Positions 45,920 to 55,344 of a stretch of DNA of 64,000 nucleotides are shown here, in pieces. The stretch comes from Actinomycetota bacterium (GTDB lineage Bacteria; Actinomycetota; Actinomycetes; Actinomycetales; Microbacteriaceae): contig JAZBLS010000001.1 of NCBI GenBank assembly GCA_037033365.1, positions 18,937-82,936 on the forward strand, in the 5' to 3' direction. The notes below the pieces were generated by a model. It had not been told where the DNA came from. It worked only from the letters and a program-made list of their open reading frames with translations, and searched no databases. Positions within the stretch are counted from its first letter, which is position 1, and every line of letters begins with the position of its first letter. Position numbers and translations under genes: made by a program.

Positions 45920-46029
45920 CATGTCCGACGTCGGGCGAGCGGTAACGCAGAAGTAACGATCGATCGCTATCAACTCCCTCGGCGGCCGCCCCGCTGAAGA
46001 CGTCCTCTCCGTGGTGAAGTCATGCCGGA

Positions 46030-46890
46030 TCATCGCAGATGCCGGTTCAGCACCTCGGCGCTCTTTCGGAAGCTCGAGATCGGGGATCCGTCGATCCAGT
46101 TGCGGTGCGTCTCGAGGATCACGGCGGCGGTGCCGACCGCCTTCGCCTGCGCGATGAACGCCGGGATGTCGATGTTCCCAAGCCCTAGCTCCACGGCATC
46201 GGGCCTGTCGATGGGCGTCAAGGAGGAGCCGGTGCGGCGTGTGCCCCGGTCGGTGAGGTGCACGAGCTGCACTCGCTCCCCGAGGCCGCGCATGAGGGCG
46301 ATGGCGTCAACTCCCGCGGCCGTCGGCCAGTAGCAGTCGAACTCGAAGTTGACTACGGCGGGATCCGTCTCGTCGACAATCAGCGAGTACGCGGTACGGC
46401 CGGATTCGAGGCGCCGGAACTCGACGTTGTGGTTGTGATAGAGCAAAGAGACCCCGCCATTTGCGAGCGTGCGCCCGGCAGCGTTCAGCCGGCGGACGAG
46501 ATCGCGAACCCGCGCCTCATCGGTGTAGTCGAACCGGTGCATTCCGGTGATCACGACGCGCGACGTGTCGAAGGTCGCCGCTCGGGCGATCACGGCGTCG
46601 GGCTCGCGCTCGATCGTGCCGAGGTCTTCATGCAGGCCGACGACTTTCAGCGCGGAGTCACGGATGAGCCCGGGCCAATCCAGCCGTCCGCCGCGACCGA
46701 CCGGCATGCCGGATGCCCTCGTCAGCGCCCGAACGAACAGTGGCGTGGGTCTGGTCATGAAGCCGTTGAGCTCGATGCCCTCGAACCCGGCCTGCACCAG
46801 AGCCTCGAGCGTCTCGTGTGCCTGCTGTTCGGTCGACAGCACTGTGCCGATCTGGATCTGCTGGATCGCGCGGAGCGGACGCCCGCTCAT
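46030..46890 (-). CDS. Sugar phosphate isomerase/epimerase family (TIM barrel)
   Basis: GFEGIEL, LLYHNHNVEF, FEFDCYW, HLTD, ELGLGNID, ILET. Confidence 0.85.
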   Translation of the reverse strand: MSGRPLRAIQQIQIGTVLSTEQQAHETLEALVQAGFEGIELNGFMTRPTPLFVRALTRASGMPVGRGGRLDWPGLIRDSALKVVGLHEDLGTIEREPDAVIARAATFDTSRVVITGMHRFDYTDEARVRDLVRRLNAAGRTLANGGVSLLYHNHNVEFRRLESGRTAYSLIVDETDPAVVNFEFDCYWPTAAGVDAIALMRGLGERVQLVHLTDRGTRRTGSSLTPIDRPDAVELGLGNIDIPAFIAQAKAVGTAAVILETHRNWIDGSPISSFRKSAEVLNRHLR

Positions 46891-47522
46891 TCGACTGCTC
46901 CCTCTCGTGCCGCGGCCGGAGGCTGGGCTGCCACCAGCTTCATGAAGGTGGTGAGCAGGCCGAGGGCGTCGCGAGAAGGATCGAGCAGCGCCTGGATGCG
47001 CAGACCGTCGACCATGGCCAGAACGAGCGTCACCTTCTCGTCGGCTGTGAGCAGCTCGCTGTCGCTCGTGGGGAGAGGGCCGTCGGTGAAGCGCGACCGC
47101 ATGCGCTCGCGGCGACCGAGGAAGAAATCGTGCGCGGGGTGCTCGGGGTTCGTCGCGGCCACGGTGAGGGCCAGCCAGTTGCGCTGGAAATCGGAGTGCG
47201 AGAACTCGTCGGCGAGCACCGCGCTCAGGATCTGCTCGCCCGGGATGTTCGCCGTCATGATCCGCGCAGCGAGGTGCTCCTCGTGCTGCTCCCGCTGCGC
47301 GAGCGCTGCGGGGAGCAGCTCCTCCTTGCCGGCGAAGTGGCGCAGGAGTGCAGCGTGTGTCATGCCGGCGCGGGAGGCGATGTCGCGCAGCGACGCGCGC
47401 TCGTAGCCGTGCTCGGCGAAACTCGCGAGGGCCGCTTCGACGATCTGAGCTCGCCGCGCGGGGGTGGTCGCGCTCTGCCCTCGACGGCGGGGGGCGCGCG
47501 CGGCGGTCAACGGTGACGTCAT
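46887..47522 (-). CDS. TetR family regulator
   Basis: GYERASLRDIASRAGMTHAALLRHFAGKEEL. Confidence 0.9.
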   Translation of the reverse strand: MTSPLTAARAPRRRGQSATTPARRAQIVEAALASFAEHGYERASLRDIASRAGMTHAALLRHFAGKEELLPAALAQREQHEEHLAARIMTANIPGEQILSAVLADEFSHSDFQRNWLALTVAATNPEHPAHDFFLGRRERMRSRFTDGPLPTSDSELLTADEKVTLVLAMVDGLRIQALLDPSRDALGLLTTFMKLVAAQPPAAAREGAVE

Positions 47523-47549
47523 GCATTCACCCTCTCACTTTTGCCTTCT

Positions 47550-47566
47550 GTAACCAAAGTGGTTAC
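47550..47566. promoter_or_regulatory. TetR-type palindromic operator
   Basis: GTAACCA-AAG-TGGTTAC between divergent TetR and MFS. Confidence 0.65.
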
Positions 47567-47664
47567 TATCGCTCAGGATCGCAATCGGTTGCCAAACAGA
47601 TTTCGACCATCGCACGGCTGCCCAGTGGAGGGTGCCGGGATCACTGAACGATGAAGGAGTCCAG

Positions 47665-49017
47665 GTGACCAAGAGTGAATTCGACCGCAGCGACACGATC
47701 GACTCGATCGCCGCGGCGCAGCCCGTCGCCGGGAACACCCCGGACGACACTCCTCTCGAGGGAGTCGCTGTCGGCTCCGAGCCGACCGCCAAGGTGAGCG
47801 GCGGCTACATCTTCTGGCTGATGCTGGCCAACTTCGGCGCCTCCATCGCGATGATGGTGCCGTTGGCCTACGGCCTCGCACTGCGCATCACGGAGCTCGC
47901 CCCGGGACATGAAGAGGTGCTCGGCTACGTCACGGGTACCGCTCAGCTGATCTTCCTCGTGCTCAGCCCGATGATCGGCATCTGGAGCGACCGCACCCGT
48001 TCTCGCTTCGGCCGTCGCACGCCGTTCCTCTTCCTCGGGGCGGCCCTGGGGCTCGTGGGCGCCGTCATCATCGGCTTCGCCCCGAATCTGCTGCTCGTCG
48101 GCGCGGGCTGGGTCGTCGCGATGACCGGCTGGTCGACGGCCGGCGCGGCCATCCAGACGCTGCAGGCCGACAAGCTGCCCGAGGAACAGCGCGGCAAGGT
48201 CTCGGCGCTCACCGGTCTCATGACGCAGATCGCTCCCGTGCTCGGCATCGGCATCGCCTACGCCGTGTCGAATAGCACGTTCCTCGTCTTCTTCGTGCCC
48301 GCCGTGATCGGCGTCGTGTTCCTCGTGCTCCTGCCCACCTTCAAGAAGGAGGGCAGCTCGAAGGACCTGGTCGTCGACTCCTCGGTGACGCTCAAGAAGG
48401 TCATCTCCGGCTACGGCTTCAACGCCCGCAAGTACCCGGACTTCGCCTGGAACTGGGTCGGCCGCATGGTCTTCTTCATCGGCCTCTACTTCAACACGAC
48501 TTTCGGCACGTTCTTCTACGCGCAGCGGCTCGAACTGCCGGTGCGCGAGGTCGCCGGCGTGGTCGCCACGGTCGGCATGCTCGGAGTCGTGGCCGCGGCC
48601 GGTGGCGCGCTGCTCGGCGGATTCCTCTCCGACAAGCTCAAGCGACGTCGTCTGTTCGTCCTCATCGCGGCATTCATCTTCATCGGCGGCGCGTTCGCCG
48701 AAGCCTTCGCCTGGTCGCTGCCGCAGCTCATCATCGGGGCCGTGCTCATGCAGCTCGCGATCGCGGTCTTCGCCACGGTCGACCAGGCCATCGTCTACGC
48801 GATCATCCCCGACCGGGCCGAGTCCGGTCGCTATATGGCCGTGGTCGCGTTCGCCCAGAAGATCCCGAGTGCGATCGCCCCGCTGATCGCGCCGCTCATC
48901 ATCACGATCGGTGCGGTCGGCGCGGAGAAGAACTACACGCTGCTGTACCTGATCGGCGCGGCGTTCGCTCTCGTCGGCGGCCTCATCATCATGTTCAAGG
49001 TCAAGGGAGTGCGTTGA
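47665..49017 (+). CDS. MFS transporter (sugar/glycoside)
   Basis: GIWSDRTRSRFGRRTPF, GFLSDKLKRRR; about 12 TM; AAGGAG RBS before GTG. Confidence 0.9.
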   Translation: MTKSEFDRSDTIDSIAAAQPVAGNTPDDTPLEGVAVGSEPTAKVSGGYIFWLMLANFGASIAMMVPLAYGLALRITELAPGHEEVLGYVTGTAQLIFLVLSPMIGIWSDRTRSRFGRRTPFLFLGAALGLVGAVIIGFAPNLLLVGAGWVVAMTGWSTAGAAIQTLQADKLPEEQRGKVSALTGLMTQIAPVLGIGIAYAVSNSTFLVFFVPAVIGVVFLVLLPTFKKEGSSKDLVVDSSVTLKKVISGYGFNARKYPDFAWNWVGRMVFFIGLYFNTTFGTFFYAQRLELPVREVAGVVATVGMLGVVAAAGGALLGGFLSDKLKRRRLFVLIAAFIFIGGAFAEAFAWSLPQLIIGAVLMQLAIAVFATVDQAIVYAIIPDRAESGRYMAVVAFAQKIPSAIAPLIAPLIITIGAVGAEKNYTLLYLIGAAFALVGGLIIMFKVKGVR

Positions 49018-49018
49018 G

Positions 49019-51718
49019 ATGACCGGTGCATCGAACTCGGCATCTGCGCCTTCGGCGCCCCACGACCTGCGAATCGACAGCGGCGGTGACGCCTTCATCG
49101 TCTCGGAGGCCGCACCGCGGCTGTCGTTCACGGTTCCGGTCTCGGTCGAAGAGCCGACCGGGTTCGAGGTCGAGGCGACGATCGACGGCGAGCCGCAGGC
49201 GCGTGCCCACCTGACGGCCGGTTCGCACCTGTTCGTCGAATGGCCGTGGACCCCGCTGTCCAGCGGCCGGCGTGTGCAGTGGCGGGTTCGAGCGGTCACC
49301 GGCCACACATCATCCGAGTGGTCGGAGTGGGCATCGTTCGAGAGTGGCCTGCTCGATGCGGACTGGTCGGCCGCGTGGATCAGCCCGGTCGAGCACGGTG
49401 ACCCCGGATACGGTGCGCGGGGCGCGCACACGATGCAGCGTCGGTTCGACGCGGTGGATGTCGTCTCGGCGCGGCTCTACTCGACGGCGCTCGGAGTGTA
49501 CGAGGCGCGCCTCAACGGGCATCGTGTCGGTACGGCGGAGCTGTCGCCGGGATCGACGTCGTACGACCGCACGCTCTATGCGCAGGCTGCTGACGTCACG
49601 CACCTGCTGACCGACGGCGCGAACTCGCTCGAGATCGAGCTCTCCGACGGCTGGTATCGCGGACAGGTCGGCGCCTTCCGCCTGCCCGCCGGCTGGGGGA
49701 CCACCCCGGGAGCGCGTGCCGAGCTGCACCTCGAGCTGTCGGACGGGCGTCGCGACGTCATCCGCACCGACGGCGACTGGACGAGCACCGAGTCCGCCGT
49801 GACCCGCGCCGATCTCATGGACGGTCAGACCACCGACTTCCGACTCGCCCTCCGTGCGCCGGAGCCCGTCATCGTCGGAGCAGTGAACGGGCCCGCGATC
49901 TCGTGGTCTCCCGCGCCGCCGATCCGGGTCGTCGAGACGCGTGACGTCGCGCACGCCTCGCGCACCGCCGACGACACCTGGGTGCTCGACTTCGGTCAGA
50001 ACGCCTCGGGCTGGCTGCGTCTGACCGACCTCGGTCCCGCCGGAACCCGGACTGTCATCGACTACGGCGAGTACGTGACCCCCGGCGGCGATCTCAGCAC
50101 CGCGCATCTCGACTCGACCAAACCGGGCGAGCCCGACGTCGTGTTCGTGCAGCACGATGAGGTGGTGTCGGCCGGGGGTGATGAGACATTCGAGCCGCGA
50201 CACACCGTGCACGGTTTCCAGTACGCGCGCGTGACCCGCGTGGGCGGACCCTTCGACCCTGCGACCGCGCAGATGCGTGTCGTGCAGACCGACCTGCGCC
50301 GCACGGCATCCTTCGAGTCGAGCGATGCCGATCTCAACCGCCTGCACGAGATCGCCGACTGGAGTTTCCGCGGCAACGCGGTCGATGTGCCGACGGACTG
50401 CCCGACGCGCGAGCGCCTGGCCTGGACGGGTGACTATCAGGTGTTCGCTCCCACCGCCGCCCGCCTCTACGACGTGCTCGGGTTCACGCGCAAATGGCTG
50501 CAGTCGGTGCGCGACGATCAGCTCGACGACGGTCGGGTCGCGAACTTCTCGCCGGATGGCCGTCGCATCAAGCACAAGCTCGACGACCAGTTCGCGATGA
50601 TGACGGGCTCGTCGGGCTGGGGCGACGCGATCACGTTCGTGCCCTGGGAGATGTACACCGCATACGGGGATGCCCGCGTTCTGGACGAGAACTGGGACGC
50701 GATGGTGCGCTGGGTCGAGTGGGTTCTCGGCGCTGCACGCGCGAACCGGCATCACTCCCGCGTCGAGCGCTCGGCCGACCCGCTGCCGCACGAGGAGTAT
50801 CTGTGGGACGGCACGTTCCACTGGGGCGAGTGGACCGAGCCCGTCGCCAAGGCGGAGGACGGATCCCGCTTGGATCCGATCAAGACGAATCCCATGGCCT
50901 GGTTCATGGCCGACAAGGGAGAGGTGGGTACCGCCTACCTCTACCGCTCCACCCGGATCCTCGCTGACGCCGCCACCGTGCTGGATCGGCCGGAGGAGGC
51001 CGCGAAGTACACGACGATCGCCGATCGCGTGCTCGATGCGTGGCGCACCGAGTTCGTCACGGATGAGGGCAGGACGGCTCAGGACACACAAGCCGCCTAT
51101 GTGCGCGCTCTCTCGTTCGGCCTGATGCCCGAGCCGCTTCGTCCCGCGGCTGCTCGTCGGCTCGTCGAGCTCATTCACGGCGCGGGCACGCACCTCGGGA
51201 CCGGGTTCCTCTCGACGGGGGATCTGCTTCCCGTGCTCGCAGACATGGGTCATGCCGGCGTCGCCTACGAGCTGCTCTTCCAGCGCAGCGCTCCGTCGTG
51301 GATGTACATGATCGATAGGGGTGCGACGACCATCTGGGAGGACTGGGAGGGCATCGACGACGACGGTGCCGCGCATGAGTCGCTGAACCACTACAGCAAG
51401 GGTGCGGTGATCCGCTTCCTGCACACGCACACCCTCGGGCTGCGTCAGGACGCGGACTCGGTCGCCTGGGAGTCGTTCACGATCGCACCGGTGCCCGGCG
51501 GCGGGCTCGAATGGGCGAAGGGGCATCTCGACACCCCGCAGGGGCGGATCCGTGTCGAGTGGCGGATCGTCGGCGGTCGGATGCAGCTCGACGCCGATGT
51601 TCCGGCCGGAAGCCGTGCCACGGTGGTGTTCCCTGATGGGACGACGCACGATGTCGGGCCGGGAACGTTCACCGGCGTCGGCGGGCTGAGCGTCGGCGCG
51701 TTGAGCGCCGCGAACTGA
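49019..51718 (+). CDS. Alpha-L-rhamnosidase, GH78
   Basis: ARLYSTALGVYE, LDFGQNASGW, HTVHGFQY, VPTDCPTRERLAWTGD, GATTIWEDW, SLNHY. Confidence 0.92.
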   Translation: MTGASNSASAPSAPHDLRIDSGGDAFIVSEAAPRLSFTVPVSVEEPTGFEVEATIDGEPQARAHLTAGSHLFVEWPWTPLSSGRRVQWRVRAVTGHTSSEWSEWASFESGLLDADWSAAWISPVEHGDPGYGARGAHTMQRRFDAVDVVSARLYSTALGVYEARLNGHRVGTAELSPGSTSYDRTLYAQAADVTHLLTDGANSLEIELSDGWYRGQVGAFRLPAGWGTTPGARAELHLELSDGRRDVIRTDGDWTSTESAVTRADLMDGQTTDFRLALRAPEPVIVGAVNGPAISWSPAPPIRVVETRDVAHASRTADDTWVLDFGQNASGWLRLTDLGPAGTRTVIDYGEYVTPGGDLSTAHLDSTKPGEPDVVFVQHDEVVSAGGDETFEPRHTVHGFQYARVTRVGGPFDPATAQMRVVQTDLRRTASFESSDADLNRLHEIADWSFRGNAVDVPTDCPTRERLAWTGDYQVFAPTAARLYDVLGFTRKWLQSVRDDQLDDGRVANFSPDGRRIKHKLDDQFAMMTGSSGWGDAITFVPWEMYTAYGDARVLDENWDAMVRWVEWVLGAARANRHHSRVERSADPLPHEEYLWDGTFHWGEWTEPVAKAEDGSRLDPIKTNPMAWFMADKGEVGTAYLYRSTRILADAATVLDRPEEAAKYTTIADRVLDAWRTEFVTDEGRTAQDTQAAYVRALSFGLMPEPLRPAAARRLVELIHGAGTHLGTGFLSTGDLLPVLADMGHAGVAYELLFQRSAPSWMYMIDRGATTIWEDWEGIDDDGAAHESLNHYSKGAVIRFLHTHTLGLRQDADSVAWESFTIAPVPGGGLEWAKGHLDTPQGRIRVEWRIVGGRMQLDADVPAGSRATVVFPDGTTHDVGPGTFTGVGGLSVGALSAAN

Positions 51719-51747
51719 GCGATGGCGGACGGGCGTCGGGCCTCGGC

Positions 51748-52209
51748 TCAGCGCTCGTCCGCCACCGCCGCGTGCAATTCTCGGTTGATGGCGCGCAGGC
51801 CTGTCGCGAGCGCCTCCAGCTCGTCGACCGTGAGCCCGTCGAGGATGTCGGCTCCCATCTCGGGGCGTGCCGCCATGATCTTGCCGATGACATCGCGCCC
51901 GAGCGGCGTGGGCACCAGGCGTCGCACGCGCTGGTCGACGGCATCCGTCAGGCGTTCGACGAGGCCCTGCTCGACGAGCCTCTCCACGAGCTTCGACATC
52001 GTCGCAAGAGACACGTCGAACGACGAGGCGAGATCGCTGGTGGTGCTGCGGTCGGACACGACGATCTGCGTGAGCACCTTGAGCTGCTGGATGGTCAGCT
52101 GCGTGCTCAGCAGGGAGCCGATCATGCGGGGGAGCGAGCGCACCGAGACCGCCAGGGTCAGCGCGTCGATGTTCTCCAGCGCCTCCGCGCGTCTCCGATC
52201 TTCGCTCAC
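51748..52209 (-). CDS. MarR family regulator
   Basis: LTIQQLKVL, SLATMSKLVERLVEQGLVER..D..DQR. Confidence 0.88.
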   Translation of the reverse strand: MSEDRRRAEALENIDALTLAVSVRSLPRMIGSLLSTQLTIQQLKVLTQIVVSDRSTTSDLASSFDVSLATMSKLVERLVEQGLVERLTDAVDQRVRRLVPTPLGRDVIGKIMAARPEMGADILDGLTVDELEALATGLRAINRELHAAVADER

Positions 52210-52371
52210 CTCAGTACCGTAACGCTCATATCGGATTCCCAGGAACAATTACTTAGCCGCAAGCTAACCTTTTTCCAAGGAACCGATCCGGGGTCGTATC
52301 GGTCGCAGGATCACGTCGTCCCCAGTTCGCGTCGACCTGCGCTCGTGCCCCGGCGACAGGAGGACGGAACC

Positions 52372-54216
52372 ATGACGGTCCACGCACACGACACTGAAGA
52401 GCAGCTCAGTCATCTGCAGGCATTGAGGGAGAAGTACGCGCGGGAGCGGGAGCGGCGCGTCCGTCCCGACGGAGCGGGGCAGTACCGATCCGCTCTCGGC
52501 GAGTACGGCTACTACGCCAAAGACCCTTACACGCCGCGGGTCGATCGCGAGCCGCTGCGAGACCGGGTGGACGCACTCGTGATCGGCGCCGGCTTCGGCG
52601 GGCTGCTCACCGGCGCGGGCCTGCGTGATGCAGGAGTCGACTCGGTGCGCCTCATGGACGAGGCGGGTGACGTGGGCGGCACCTGGTACTGGAATCGATA
52701 CCCCGGCATCCACTGCGACATCGAGTCGTACGTGTACATGCCGCTCCTCGAGGAGACCGGGTATATCCCGAGCACGCGCTATGCGCCGGGCGAGGAGATC
52801 CGCCAGCACGCGGTGCGCATCGCGGAGCACTACGACCTCTATCGCGACTTCGTCGGGCACACTCGAGCGACGGGTCTCACATGGGACGAGGAGGCGACCG
52901 AGTGGGTCATCGAGACCGACCGTGGCGATGTGTTCCGGGCTCGGTACGTGATCACGTCGTCGGGCACTCTGACCCAGCCCAAGCTTCCCGGCATCCCCGG
53001 CATCGAGCGCTTCACCGGTCATACGTTCCACACCAGCCGTTGGGACTACGCCTACACCGGCGGTTCGGCTGACGGCGGCATGACGAAGCTCGCCGACAGA
53101 CGCGTCGCGGTGGTCGGAACCGGGGCCACGGGGCTGCAGGTCATCCCGCACCTGGCCGAGCATGCGCAGGAGCTGTTGGTCTTCCAGCGCACGCCGTCGA
53201 CCGTCGACGTGCGTGACAACCGTCCGACCGACCCGGAATGGGCGGCGAGCCTCGCGCCCGGATGGCAGCGCGAGCGGATGGACAACTTCCTCGAGGTGCT
53301 GGCGGGCGAGCCGGTCGAGTCGCTGGTGCAGGACGGCTGGACCACGACGCACCGGCTGCAGCGCAGCATCCTGTCGGGTAGCGTCGACGCATCGGTCTCC
53401 GAGGAGGATGGGCTGCTGCAGGAGGAGCTCGACGATGCGGCCAAGATGGATGCTCTCCGCGGTCGAGTGGAGGACATCGTGGAGGACCCCGCGACGGCGG
53501 CGGCACTGAAGCCCTGGTATCGCTACATGTGTAAGCGACCCGGGTTCAGCGACCTCTATCTGCAGTCGTTCAACCGCCCGAACGTGACCCTCGTCGACAC
53601 CGCCGACGCCCACGGCATCACGGCGCTCACCGAGACGTCGATCGTGGTCGGCGACACGGAGTACGAGGTCGACTGCATCATCTTCGCCACGGGGTTCGAC
53701 GTGGGAGTGTCGGGGGTGGTCTCGGGAACCCTGCCCGTCGTCGGCCGGGGCGGGCGTGCACTTCTCGAGGCGTGGGGCTACGGCCCGCGCACGCTGCACG
53801 GCTTCACGACGCATGGATTCCCGAATCTGTTCCAGCTCGGCCCGATGCAGAACGCCAACTCCGTCAACTTCGTGCACATCCTGCAGGAGCAGGCGGCGCA
53901 CATCACCGCCGTGATCGCGCGGGCGCAGCAGGTCGGCGCTCGCCGCATCGAGCCGACCGCCGAGGCGGAGGACGCCTGGTGCCGCACGGTCGTGGAGACG
54001 GCCAGGGATGTCTCCGACTTCCAGGCCCAGTGCACGCCGGGGTACTACAACGGCGAGGGGTCGCGGTCGATCGGCGGGCTGACGTTCTCGCCGGGGCCGG
54101 TCGTCTTCCACCGACTCCTGCGCGAGTGGCGGCAGGGTGACATGGCGGATCTGCTGGTCGTGTCCGACGCCGACGAGCGCGTGCGCGAGTCGGCCGAGAT
54201 CGGAGTCTCGGCGTGA
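52372..54216 (+). CDS. Type I Baeyer-Villiger monooxygenase
   Basis: GAGFGG, GGTWYWNRYPG.HCD, fingerprint FTGHTFHTSRWD, GTGATG, CKRP, ATGF; AGGAGG RBS. Confidence 0.9.
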   Translation: MTVHAHDTEEQLSHLQALREKYARERERRVRPDGAGQYRSALGEYGYYAKDPYTPRVDREPLRDRVDALVIGAGFGGLLTGAGLRDAGVDSVRLMDEAGDVGGTWYWNRYPGIHCDIESYVYMPLLEETGYIPSTRYAPGEEIRQHAVRIAEHYDLYRDFVGHTRATGLTWDEEATEWVIETDRGDVFRARYVITSSGTLTQPKLPGIPGIERFTGHTFHTSRWDYAYTGGSADGGMTKLADRRVAVVGTGATGLQVIPHLAEHAQELLVFQRTPSTVDVRDNRPTDPEWAASLAPGWQRERMDNFLEVLAGEPVESLVQDGWTTTHRLQRSILSGSVDASVSEEDGLLQEELDDAAKMDALRGRVEDIVEDPATAAALKPWYRYMCKRPGFSDLYLQSFNRPNVTLVDTADAHGITALTETSIVVGDTEYEVDCIIFATGFDVGVSGVVSGTLPVVGRGGRALLEAWGYGPRTLHGFTTHGFPNLFQLGPMQNANSVNFVHILQEQAAHITAVIARAQQVGARRIEPTAEAEDAWCRTVVETARDVSDFQAQCTPGYYNGEGSRSIGGLTFSPGPVVFHRLLREWRQGDMADLLVVSDADERVRESAEIGVSA

Positions 54217-55229
54217 AGGTGGGGCTGGCGACCGCGGCGAGCGTGGTCGGGGTGGCGGCTCTGCTGGTCGGATGCTCGCCGGCTGCGCCGGATCCGCTGT
54301 CGACGGATGCTGCGTCGGAGGGCGTGCCGGCGGACCAGGTGTCCGAGGAGCTGCTGCAAGTGACCGAGCCGCACGAGCTCACCGGAGGGACACTGCTCGA
54401 AGGGCCGACCTTCCATGACGACGGATCGCTGTTCCTGGTCGACGTCATGGCGCCGGCCGGTGCGGCCAAGGTGCTGCGCGTCGATGTGGAGGAGCGCACC
54501 GTCGATCAGGTCTTCACTGACGAGACGAGCGCATTCACGTCGGCGCAGTTCCACCCGAGCGACGGGCGGCTCTATCTCACGGACTTCCTCGGCGGCGGCG
54601 TCACCAGCATCACGGCGGAGGGTGAGGATCCGCGCTCGCACTTCTCGGGCGACGTCGACGGGGTGGCGATGCTGCCGGACGACATCGCGTTCCATCCCGA
54701 CGGCACGATGTTCGTGACCGACACCCGGGGGATGGACGGGCCGGGGTGGGAGACGCCGGGACGCGTGGTGAGGATCGATGCGGACGGGAACGCGAGTGTT
54801 CTCGCCGCCGAGCTGCCCTCGCCGAACGGGATCGTGTTCGACGAAGAGGATGCGGGGCTGTGGGTGGCCCAGTACAACGCGAACCGCATCGACTACTTCG
54901 CGCTCGATGAGGACCGTACGCGCGTCGTGTCGGCGTACCCCGCGATCCACGTGGACGGCGGGATCGGGCGTATCGACTCGACCGCGGTCGACGCCGAGGG
55001 CAACATCTACCAGGCGTTCCACGAGAAGGCCGAGATCGTGGTGTTCGCGAAGACCGGAGAGCAGATCGGCACCATCCGGGTGCCCGGCGAAGGGCTCGAG
55101 TCTGCCACGAACGTCGCGATCGCACCGGGCACCACCGACGGGTACCTGGTCGTCAGCGGCCCTGCGGGCGGATTCGTGCACACGTTCGAGGCGTACGGGG
55201 AGGGCATCCGCCAGTCGAACGGCGGGTGA
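54213..55229 (+). CDS. SMP-30/gluconolactonase (Drp35-like) lipoprotein
   Basis: Lipobox LVGC, LEGPTF, PDDIAFHPDG, PNGIVF, DSTAVDAEGNIY, ATNVA. Confidence 0.85.
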   Translation: MKVGLATAASVVGVAALLVGCSPAAPDPLSTDAASEGVPADQVSEELLQVTEPHELTGGTLLEGPTFHDDGSLFLVDVMAPAGAAKVLRVDVEERTVDQVFTDETSAFTSAQFHPSDGRLYLTDFLGGGVTSITAEGEDPRSHFSGDVDGVAMLPDDIAFHPDGTMFVTDTRGMDGPGWETPGRVVRIDADGNASVLAAELPSPNGIVFDEEDAGLWVAQYNANRIDYFALDEDRTRVVSAYPAIHVDGGIGRIDSTAVDAEGNIYQAFHEKAEIVVFAKTGEQIGTIRVPGEGLESATNVAIAPGTTDGYLVVSGPAGGFVHTFEAYGEGIRQSNGG

Positions 55230-55344
55230 GGCGCGTCGGCGAGGTCGCGGCCGAAAGGAGGACCGGCCGTGACCTCCCTTGAGAGCTCGGGCTCCGCTCG
55301 ACTACCATTGTGAAAATACAAGTTGACTCAGAATTGGAGCACCG

